Assembly (NCBI GenBank): GCA_039933475.1
Contig: JBDTOA010000001.1
Span: forward strand, 1-33,842
From: Dermatophilaceae bacterium
Lineage (GTDB): Bacteria > Actinomycetota > Actinomycetes > Actinomycetales > Dermatophilaceae
Reading direction: 5' to 3'
Length of the DNA stretch: 33,842 bases
The position numbers and the translations under genes were made by a program. Shown here piece after piece: positions 7,146 through 14,215 of this stretch. Position 1 is the stretch's first letter; each line of letters starts with the position of its first letter. The notes below the pieces were generated by a model. That model had not been told where the DNA came from. It was given only the letters and a program-made list of their open reading frames with translations, and did no database searches.

Positions 7146-7688
7146 ATGAGCCACGTCATGCTCTGGTTCGCGAACCGCGGAACCGGGGTCGTCCTGCTCG
7201 TGCTGCTGACACTCTCGACGATGATAGGTGTCCTCTCCACATCCCGCCTGAGCCCGCGGCTCTGGCCTCGGATGCTGACCCAGGGTCTGCACCGCCACGT
7301 AGCCGTGCTGGCGCTCAGCTTCATGGCTGCCCACACCCTGACAGCCGTTGCAGACAGCTTCATCGACATTCGCTGGTGGCATGCCGTTGTGCCGTTCACC
7401 GGTTCCTACCGACAGCCCTGGCTGGGCATCGCGGCTCTCTCGATGGACCTGTTCATCGCCGTTGGGGTGACGAGCGCACTTCGCCACCGGATGTCACATC
7501 GGCCCTGGCGTGGCGTTCACGTCCTCGCCTATGGCGCATGGGGCCTCGGGCTCGTCCACGGGATCCACGGAACCGACTCCGCCACCATCTGGGGGCAAGC
7601 ACTGAACTACGGGTCAGTTGCCGCCGTCACGATCGCAGTCCTCGCTCGCATAGGACTGCTCGCCCATTCGAAGGTCGTGACTGCATGA
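7146..7688 (+). CDS. Ferric-reductase-type (NOX/MsrQ-like) two-haem transmembrane protein, paralog 1
   Basis: AAAGGA lies 6 nt upstream of the ATG at 7146. There are about 5 hydrophobic helices. His49/His63 are 14 apart and His125/His138 are 13 apart, which matches the bis-haem ligand spacing of gp91phox-type ferric reductase domains. Confidence 0.8.
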   Translation: MSHVMLWFANRGTGVVLLVLLTLSTMIGVLSTSRLSPRLWPRMLTQGLHRHVAVLALSFMAAHTLTAVADSFIDIRWWHAVVPFTGSYRQPWLGIAALSMDLFIAVGVTSALRHRMSHRPWRGVHVLAYGAWGLGLVHGIHGTDSATIWGQALNYGSVAAVTIAVLARIGLLAHSKVVTA

Positions 7689-7702
7689 GCTCAGCCCAGC
7701 AA

Positions 7703-7743
7703 TCTTGAGGTTTTCTTAAGGCTGACCTGATGCCGTCTTGCGG
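7703..7743 (+). promoter_or_regulatory. Array C: four 11-bp-phased repeats, consensus TCTTGAGG
   Basis: TCTTGAGG (7703), TCTTAAGG (7714), ACCTGATG (7725) and TCTTGCGG (7736). The array lies 46-86 bp upstream of the 7789 start, in the only sizeable gap inside the cluster. Confidence 0.55.
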
Positions 7744-7788
7744 CCCGGGGCCCGACTCTGGTGGCTGCCAACCCGATGGAGGACCTGG

Positions 7789-8253
7789 ATGCCCCGCGAC
7801 ACCGCGTCTCGCGACGTGAAGCTCAACGCCCTGGCCATACTCACAGGTGGGATCACAGCGGCCGCCTTCGTAGGCACCGGCCTCGTCACCGGCATGGCTG
7901 CCGACTACACGGCGCAGAAGACCCAGGCGAAGGCGGCGTCCAAGACTGCTGCCCTTCGCGCGCTGCCGGCGCCTCAGCCCGTTGCCAAACCTCTGCCCGT
8001 CCGCACGGTCGTGACGACCCGGATTGTCCAGGGCGCTCCCGCCGTAGCTGCCCAGACCGGTGGCTCGGGTGGCCAGTTCCGCAGTGGCACGTCCTCGTCC
8101 TCATCCTCGTCCTCATCCAGCCGCTCATCCGCGGCCGCGCCCGCACCAGTCGCTGCTCGTGCCGCCGCGCCGGCCCCTGCTCGTGCCCCCGCTCCTGCAC
8201 CTGTGGCTGCGCCCAAGCCGGCGGCTGCTCCCGCTCCCTCTGCGGCCTCTTGA
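7789..8253 (+). CDS. Single-pass membrane protein with Ser-run and Ala/Pro-rich tail (unknown function)
   Basis: GGAGGA lies 5 nt upstream of the ATG at 7789. GC3 is high through the anchor LNALAILTGGITAAAFVGTGLVTGMAA. This is followed by ...GGSGGQFRSGTSSSSSSSSSSRSS and (A/P)n. The stop overlaps the apbE start (TGATG). No recognisable folded domain. Confidence 0.6.
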   Translation: MPRDTASRDVKLNALAILTGGITAAAFVGTGLVTGMAADYTAQKTQAKAASKTAALRALPAPQPVAKPLPVRTVVTTRIVQGAPAVAAQTGGSGGQFRSGTSSSSSSSSSSRSSAAAPAPVAARAAAPAPARAPAPAPVAAPKPAAAPAPSAAS

Positions 8254-9197
8254 TGCCTGCCCTCGAGGTCCGGGAGACGGCGGGGGCCGGGACTGCGAGC
8301 TGGCGAGCCCTGGGCACCTATGTCTACCTCTCAACAGCGGATGTGACAGGGCTGGAGCGCGCACGCCGGATCGCGGTCCGACTGCTCGCCGAGGTCGACC
8401 GCACCTGCAGCCGTTTCCGCCCGGACTCCGACCTGGTCCGCGCGAATCTCAATGCCGGAGCGTGGACCAAGGTTGACCCGCTGCTGGTCCAGGCGATCGA
8501 CACGGCCATGGACGCGGCGGCTCAGACCGACGGGCTCGTAGACCCGACGCTGGGCCGGTCACTCGTTGCGGTTGGCTACGACCGTGACCTTGCTCTGATG
8601 CCGGCCGCATCCTCGGGACCCGCGGGCTTGCCCATACCCGCGCGAAACGGTGCCTGGGCGGAGATTCTGCTCGATCCAGCCGGCGCAGTCCTTGTGCCTT
8701 ATGGGTGCGCGTTGGACCTCGGGGCCACGGCCAAGGCATGGGCCGCTGACCTTATCGCGGGGATCATTGCAGCAGATTCTGACTCGATGTTGGTCATCAG
8801 CCTCGGCGGTGACGTCGCGGTGGCGGGACCTGGCGGCGGATGGCCTGTGGCGATCAGCGAGACGATCGACGACGTGGCCGGTGCCGAGATCGTGCACCTC
8901 CCCTACGGCGGGTTGGCCACCTCCAGCACAGCCGCCCGACGATGGACTCGAGGTGGCGTCACACGCCACCACCTCCTCGACCCGCTCACGGGCGAACCGA
9001 CGCAGGGCCCCTGGCGGACCGTAACTGCCACCGGCGCCACCTGCGTGTCGGCGAACACAGCCAGCACAGCCGCGATCGTGCTGGGCAACGGGGCAGTGGC
9101 GTGGCTCACAGAGCATGACATTCCCGCACGCCTTGTCGACGGGGAAGGCAGGATCGTCCGTACAGCACGTTGGCCCAAGCCGGAGGTGCTTTCATGA
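8253..9197 (+). CDS. apbE: ApbE-family FAD:protein FMN transferase
   Basis: Family-typical segments are WRALGTYVYLST..., DRTCSRFRPDSDL, VDPTLG, LDLGATAKAWAAD, ISLGGDV and HHLLDPLTGEP. No signal peptide or lipobox follows the start at 8253. The ORF-track frame is open back to 7761, but that extension looks like an artefact. Confidence 0.85.
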   Translation: MPALEVRETAGAGTASWRALGTYVYLSTADVTGLERARRIAVRLLAEVDRTCSRFRPDSDLVRANLNAGAWTKVDPLLVQAIDTAMDAAAQTDGLVDPTLGRSLVAVGYDRDLALMPAASSGPAGLPIPARNGAWAEILLDPAGAVLVPYGCALDLGATAKAWAADLIAGIIAADSDSMLVISLGGDVAVAGPGGGWPVAISETIDDVAGAEIVHLPYGGLATSSTAARRWTRGGVTRHHLLDPLTGEPTQGPWRTVTATGATCVSANTASTAAIVLGNGAVAWLTEHDIPARLVDGEGRIVRTARWPKPEVLS

Positions 9198-9739
9198 CCG
9201 ACCCAATGTTGTGGTTTGCCAACCGAGGAACCGGCGTTGTGCTGCTGGTGCTGCTGACCCTCTCGACGCTGCTCGGAGTACTCTCCGGCGCACGTCTTCA
9301 CAACGCGATGTGGTCGCGGATGCTGTCCCAGGGCCTGCACCGCAATGTCTCTTTGCTGGCTGTCGCGCTCATGGCCGCCCACGCCACGACAGCGGTGGTC
9401 GACTCCTTCGTCGACATCCGCTGGTGGCATGCATTCGTCCCGTTCGCCGGAACCTACAAGCCGGTCTGGCTCGGCTTCGGCGCCCTGGCGATGGACCTCT
9501 TGATTGCCGTCACGATCACCAGCGTTCTGCGCCATCGGATGTCACATCGGCCGTGGCGCGCCGTACACCTGCTGGCCTACGCCGCATGGGGCCTTGGCCT
9601 CTTCCACGGGCTGCGAATGGGAACCGACGCGGCCACGGCGTGGGGCACAGCGGTGAACATCAGCTGTGTCGGGGTGGTCTCCGTGGCCGTCCTCGCCCGC
9701 CTCGGCATGCTCGCGCGCTCAACGGCGGCGACCTCATGA
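9194..9739 (+). CDS. Ferric-reductase-type two-haem transmembrane protein, paralog 2
   Basis: The ATG at 9194 overlaps the apbE stop (ATGA), and GGAGG lies upstream. By hand alignment it is about two-thirds identical to the 7146-7688 product. His49, His63, His125 and His138 are all conserved. Confidence 0.8.
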   Translation: MTDPMLWFANRGTGVVLLVLLTLSTLLGVLSGARLHNAMWSRMLSQGLHRNVSLLAVALMAAHATTAVVDSFVDIRWWHAFVPFAGTYKPVWLGFGALAMDLLIAVTITSVLRHRMSHRPWRAVHLLAYAAWGLGLFHGLRMGTDAATAWGTAVNISCVGVVSVAVLARLGMLARSTAATS

Positions 9740-10989
9740 AGTCGCCCATCACGGCCCACGTCGCCGTCCGCAACGACATAGGGCTGGCCCCATATGTGTC
9801 GGAAGGCCCTGCCCTTCTTGCCGGCATCGCAGAAGGCCCGGGCCTCGCCGCTCACCGCCGCCGCCACGGCCCGGCTCCGGCTCCGAGCGCTGACTCGCTC
9901 GTCGAGATGGCCAAAGCCGTGGATCTGCGCGGACGCGGGGGCGCCGGATTCCCTTTTGCGATCAAGCTCGCCACCGCTGCCCGCCGCAAGGCGGTCGTCG
10001 TGGTGAACGCGTCAGAAGGTGAGCCCGCGAGCCACAAGGACGCAGCACTGATCACCTGCTCACCGCATCTTGTCCTGGACGGCGCGGCGGCAGTGGCCCA
10101 TGCGCTGCGTACCCGCGAGGTCCACATCGCCGTGCCTTCCGAGTTCCCCGCCATCCGGCTGGCACTTGAGAGGGCCGTGGGTGAGCGTGCCGCCGATGGT
10201 GAGCGCCTGAACGTACGGCTCCACGACGCATCCCCACGCTTCGTTGCCGGTCAGGCCCAGGCAGTCCTACAGCTCCTTGCGGGTCGCGAGAACCTACCGG
10301 TCACCGCGTGGCAGCCGGAGGCCGTCAGCGGACACCGTGGTCGGCCCACGTTGTTGTCGAACGCCGAGACCTTCGCCCAGATCGGGCACCTGTGTGGTGT
10401 GGGTCCGAAGGGCTATGCCACTCAGGGCACGACACTTGAGCCGGGCACCACCTTGTTGACCCTTCGGGGCGACGGCATGGATCCGCAGGTCCTCGAGGTG
10501 GCTTATGGCACACCGCTGGATGAGGTCCTGGACGAGGCCGAGATGCTCCGCCCGCTGCTGCTGGGCGGCTACCACGGCACGTGGCTGACCCCAAAGCAGC
10601 TGCGCGGCCTGACCGTCTCCCGCAGCGACATCGCGGCGGCCGGGGCAACCCTCGGTGCGGGCGTGATGCTGCCCCTGGCGGAAGGCTGGTGCCCGCTGGT
10701 GCGTACTGCTGCGTTGGTCGACTACCTGGCGGGCCAGAGTGCCGGACGGTGCGGTCCGTGCCTGAACGGTCTGCCGGCGATGGCCGAGGCGCTCCGAGCG
10801 CTTGTGCATGGTGGCGGCCCGGTTCGCCGGGTGGAGGAGCTGTGCGGGCTGGTCGTGAGACGCGGCGCCTGTGCACATCCTGACGGAACGGCCCGCCTCG
10901 TGACCTCGATGCTGCAGCGCTTCGCCGAGGAGGTCGACTCCCACTCCTTGGGCACCTGTCGAAGCAGTCGGGAAGGTGCCCTCGTATGA
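9736..10989 (+). CDS. NuoF-like NAD(P)H/FMN-binding protein (Complex1_51K + SLBB + Fe-S-region-like)
   Basis: The ATG at 9736 overlaps the upstream stop (ATGA). DLRGRGGAGFPFAIK matches the NuoF FMN/NADH glycine motif. The C-terminal SAGRCGPCLNG...GACAHPDG aligns with the NuoF ESCGxCxPCReG...C region, with the first Cys replaced by Ala. Confidence 0.8.
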   Translation: MKSPITAHVAVRNDIGLAPYVSEGPALLAGIAEGPGLAAHRRRHGPAPAPSADSLVEMAKAVDLRGRGGAGFPFAIKLATAARRKAVVVVNASEGEPASHKDAALITCSPHLVLDGAAAVAHALRTREVHIAVPSEFPAIRLALERAVGERAADGERLNVRLHDASPRFVAGQAQAVLQLLAGRENLPVTAWQPEAVSGHRGRPTLLSNAETFAQIGHLCGVGPKGYATQGTTLEPGTTLLTLRGDGMDPQVLEVAYGTPLDEVLDEAEMLRPLLLGGYHGTWLTPKQLRGLTVSRSDIAAAGATLGAGVMLPLAEGWCPLVRTAALVDYLAGQSAGRCGPCLNGLPAMAEALRALVHGGGPVRRVEELCGLVVRRGACAHPDGTARLVTSMLQRFAEEVDSHSLGTCRSSREGALV

Positions 10990-11201
10990 CCGAGCACCAG
11001 CTCCGGGTGGACTGGCCCGCCTGCAAGGCGCACGGTCTGTGCGCCGAGCTCCTGCCCGAGGTCGTCAGCCTCGACGAGTGGGGCTATCCAATCGTGCATG
11101 AGCCAGTGAAGGGCGACGTGCTCGCGATGGCCAAACGCGCTGTCAAGGCATGCCCCACGCTGGCCCTGCGGCTCACCCAGCAGCCCCCGCGTCACAGCTG
11201 A
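10986..11201 (+). CDS. Small single-cluster ferredoxin (CxxHxxC...CP type)
   Basis: 71 aa with an ATGA overlap to the upstream gene. CKAHGLC...ACP is the three-Cys pattern reported for actinobacterial [3Fe-4S] ferredoxins. Confidence 0.8.
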   Translation: MTEHQLRVDWPACKAHGLCAELLPEVVSLDEWGYPIVHEPVKGDVLAMAKRAVKACPTLALRLTQQPPRHS

Positions 11202-11245
11202 CCCCCGGCCTCTTGGACAGCCGGGGGTCAAAGCCGACCCCGGCC
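11201..11245. terminator. Bidirectional terminator region between the ferredoxin gene and pyk
   Basis: ACCCCCGGC (11201-11209) pairs with GCCGGGGGT (11220-11228). On the other strand, CCGGGGTC pairs with GACCCCCGG around 11221-11245. The region lies between convergent stop codons. Confidence 0.6.
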
Positions 11246-11250
11246 TGCAG

Positions 11251-12699
11251 TCAGTCGAGATCCTCGTAGGCAGCGGCCGCCCTGTTCTTCGCGTCGCCAA
11301 TTCGGTGCACCCTCAGGGCGTTGGTCGAACCCGGTATTCCGGGGGGCGAGCCGGCGACGATGACCACCAGGTCGCCGATGGCGCAGCGGCCGTTCTCCAG
11401 AAGTGACTCGTCGACCTGCCTCGCCATCTCGTCGGTGTGCCGGACCATGGGAACCAGATAGGTCTCGATGCCCCACGTCAGCGAAAGCTGTGAGCGCGTC
11501 GCCTGCGTCGGGGTGAACGCCAGCATGGGCAGGTTCGAGCGGAGCCGGGAGAGCCGCTTGGCCGAGTCCCCGGAGAGCGTGAAGGTCACGAGGTACTTGG
11601 CTCCCAGGAGCTGGCCGATCTCTACGGCCGCGGCCGTGACGGCTCCGCCGACGGTGTGCGGCCGGGTGCCGAGACCCGGAACGCGCTCCAGGCCATGCTC
11701 CTCGGTGCTCTCGATGATCCGGGCCATCGCGGCCACCGCTTCGATCGGCCACTTGCCGACGCTCGTCTCGCCAGAAAGCATGATGGCGTCGGCGCCGTCA
11801 AGGACTGCGTTTGCGCAGTCGCTGACCTCTGCCCGGGTCGGCCGCGAGTTCTCGATCATGGAGTCGAGCACCTGGGTGGCCACGATCACGGGCTTGGCGT
11901 TACGCCGTGATATCTCGATGGCCAGCTTCTGGACCAGAGGAACCTCCTCGAACGGCAGCTCAACGCCAAGGTCACCGCGGGCCACCATGATGGCGTCGAA
12001 CGCCTTGATGATCTCCCGAAGGTTCTTGACAGCCTGGGGCTTCTCGATCTTGGCGATCACCGGCAGCCGAACGCCCTCCTCGTCCATGATCTCGTGAACC
12101 CGCCTGATGTCCGCGGCATCACGCACGAAGGACAGTGCGATGAAGTCCGCTTGCAGCCTCAGGGCCCAGCGCAGGTCCGCCTCGTCCTTGTCCGACAAGG
12201 CGGGCACGCTGACCGCCACGCCTGGCAGATTGATCCCCTTGTGGTCGGAGACGAACCCGCCCTCAATGACCTCCGTGACGACGTCACTGGCGGTGACCTC
12301 GAGGGCCACCAGGGTCACCTTGCCGTCATCGATCAGTAGCCGGTCGCCAGGCACGACGTCCCCGGGCAGTCCCTTGTAGGTCGTCGACACGCCATCCTGA
12401 CCGCCAGGAATGTCATCGACGGTGATGGTGAAGCGATCACCCTTGGCCAGCAGGACCGGGCCACCGGAGAAAGAGCCGGTCCGGATCTTGGGCCCCTGCA
12501 GGTCGACGAGCACGCCAACCGCCCTGCCGAGCTCATCGCTGGCCTTGCGCACCTCGGTATAAACCGCTTCGTGGTCCGCGTAGTCCCCGTGCGAGAGGTT
12601 GAGCCGGGCGACGTCCATCCCCGCAGCGACGAGGGCACGAACGCCCTCGGGTGAGGATGTTGCCGGGCCGAGGGTGCAGACGATCTTCGCGCGACGCAT
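11251..12699 (-). CDS. pyk: Pyruvate kinase
   Basis: MRRAKIVCTLGPAT...ARLNLSHGD...MVARGDLGVE... plus a C-terminal regulatory domain. Full-length, 482 aa. Confidence 0.97.
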   Translation of the reverse strand: MRRAKIVCTLGPATSSPEGVRALVAAGMDVARLNLSHGDYADHEAVYTEVRKASDELGRAVGVLVDLQGPKIRTGSFSGGPVLLAKGDRFTITVDDIPGGQDGVSTTYKGLPGDVVPGDRLLIDDGKVTLVALEVTASDVVTEVIEGGFVSDHKGINLPGVAVSVPALSDKDEADLRWALRLQADFIALSFVRDAADIRRVHEIMDEEGVRLPVIAKIEKPQAVKNLREIIKAFDAIMVARGDLGVELPFEEVPLVQKLAIEISRRNAKPVIVATQVLDSMIENSRPTRAEVSDCANAVLDGADAIMLSGETSVGKWPIEAVAAMARIIESTEEHGLERVPGLGTRPHTVGGAVTAAAVEIGQLLGAKYLVTFTLSGDSAKRLSRLRSNLPMLAFTPTQATRSQLSLTWGIETYLVPMVRHTDEMARQVDESLLENGRCAIGDLVVIVAGSPPGIPGSTNALRVHRIGDAKNRAAAAYEDLD

Positions 12700-12754
12700 G
12701 ACATCAATCCTATTTTGTCTACCGGTCAGGACGAGAGTGGGTAGGCGTTCGATC

Positions 12755-14215
12755 TCAGACCGTGAGCGGCCGGTCAGTAGGGTTCACCGGGCGGGGAAGC
12801 GCCGAGGCCCGAGCCATGAGATAGGCATCGACGCCGGCTGCTGCCGAGCGGCCTTCGGCGATCGCCCAGACGATCAGCGACTGGCCCCGGCCGGCGTCCC
12901 CGGCAACGAAGACACCTGGCACCGACGTCATGAAAGCCTTGTCCCGCTTGATGTTCGAGCGTTCGTCCAGCTCCACCCCGAGCTGTGCGACCACGCCGTT
13001 GGTCTCAGGCCCAAGGAACCCCATGGCCAGCAGCACCAGCTGCGCGGGAATCTCGCGTTCGGTGCCCTCGACCTCGGCGAAGCCGCTGGAGCTTGGCCCA
13101 ACCTCGACCAGGCGCAAGGCCCGGACACTGCCCTGCTCGTCGCCCAGGATCTCCTTGGTGTTCACTGCGTATACGCGCTCCCCGCCCTCCTCGTGTGCGG
13201 CCGCAACACGGAAAAGCATGGGGTACGTCGGCCACGGCTGGCCCGCGGGGCGGTCCTCGCCGGGGCGGGGCATGATCTCCAGGGAGGTCACCGACTTTGC
13301 GCCCTGGCGCAGCGCAGTTCCGATGCAGTCCGCTCCCGTGTCGCCACCACCGATGACGATGACGTCCTTGCCGGTCGCAACGACCTGGTTCTCGACCGCT
13401 TCGCCAAGGGCGGCACGGTTGGCGGGCGGCAGGAACTCCATGGCCTGAAGGACACCGTCCAGCTTCCGCCCGGGGACGGACAGGTCACGAGGGACTGTGG
13501 CCCCGATGGCAAGAACGACGGCGTCATAGCGTTCACGCAGCTGTCTGCCGGTGAGGTCACCGCCGACATCAACGCCGTTCCGGAACCGCGTGCCCTCGGC
13601 CTCCATCTGGGCCAGACGACGGTCCAGGACGGACTTCTCCATCTTGAACTCCGGTATGCCGTAACGCATCAGGCCGCCGGCTTTGTCGGCACGCTCGAAG
13701 ACTGCGACCGTATGGCCGGCCCTGGTCAGCTGTTGGGCAACGGCCAGACCTGCCGGGCCAGACCCGACTACGGCAACGGTCTTTCCGGTCAGCCGGTCCG
13801 GCGCCTGGGGACCAACTGCTCCGGCATCGAAGGCCCGCTCGACGGTCGTGACCTCGATCTGCTTGATGGTCACGGCGGGCTGGTTGATACCGAGCACGCA
13901 GGCCGTCTCACACGGTGCCGGGCACAGCCGACCGGTGAACTCCGGAAAGTTGTTGGTGGCGTGAAGCCGCTCGATCGCCTCGCGCCAGGACCCCTTCCAG
14001 GCCAGGTCGTTCCACTCGGGAATGAGGTTGCCGAGCGGGCAGCCGTTGTGGCAGAAAGGAATACCGCAGTCCATGCAGCGACCGGCCTGCTTCTGGAGCC
14101 GGCCGACCTCTTGCTGCTCGTAGACCTCGTGCCAGTCCATCAGTCGAACCGAGACAGGACGACGCTTGGGGAGGTCGCGCTCTCTTGTTGACAGGAACCC
14201 CTGAGGATCAGCCAC
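12755..14215 (-). CDS. gltD: Glutamate synthase small subunit
   Basis: The GTG at 14215 overlaps the gltB stop (GTGGCTGA). Motifs are [10 protein letters not shown]...[23 protein letters not shown] and [11 protein letters not shown]. The ORF-track start at 14347 lies inside gltB. Confidence 0.95.
   Translation of the reverse strand: MADPQGFLSTRERDLPKRRPVSVRLMDWHEVYEQQEVGRLQKQAGRCMDCGIPFCHNGCPLGNLIPEWNDLAWKGSWREAIERLHATNNFPEFTGRLCPAPCETACVLGINQPAVTIKQIEVTTVERAFDAGAVGPQAPDRLTGKTVAVVGSGPAGLAVAQQLTRAGHTVAVFERADKAGGLMRYGIPEFKMEKSVLDRRLAQMEAEGTRFRNGVDVGGDLTGRQLRERYDAVVLAIGATVPRDLSVPGRKLDGVLQAMEFLPPANRAALGEAVENQVVATGKDVIVIGGGDTGADCIGTALRQGAKSVTSLEIMPRPGEDRPAGQPWPTYPMLFRVAAAHEEGGERVYAVNTKEILGDEQGSVRALRLVEVGPSSSGFAEVEGTEREIPAQLVLLAMGFLGPETNGVVAQLGVELDERSNIKRDKAFMTSVPGVFVAGDAGRGQSLIVWAIAEGRSAAAGVDAYLMARASALPRPVNPTDRPLTV

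Noticed and set aside
7761-8252. The frame-0 extension of the apbE ORF back to 7761. It has very high GC3 after about 8090 and a hydrophobic VLVLILVLI stretch that could be mistaken for a signal peptide.
   Set aside because: The near-100% GC3 is a side effect of reading Ser/Ala/Pro codons (second base C) out of frame. The product is a Cys/Arg-rich string, and no start codon precedes the hydrophobic stretch. The alternative frame (7789-8253) has a good RBS and strong coding signal through its TM anchor. I retained the frameshift/fusion idea only as a hypothesis in the findings.
12707-12712. A TAGGAT hexamer 7 nt upstream of the pyk ATG, considered as a leaderless -10 element.
   Set aside because: The call is ambiguous. 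The same bases contain AGGA at a workable Shine-Dalgarno distance, so a conventional leadered mRNA is equally likely.
12599-14191. A 530-aa plus-strand ORF exactly antisense to gltD. Similar long antisense ORFs lie over gltB (for example 14910-15785, 16041-16862, 17739-18878), lgt (18938-20026) and trpB (22194-23288).
   Set aside because: Their translations are Arg/Gly/Pro/His-rich and lack motifs, and they mirror well-supported genes. Long stop-free antisense frames are expected in high-GC coding DNA.
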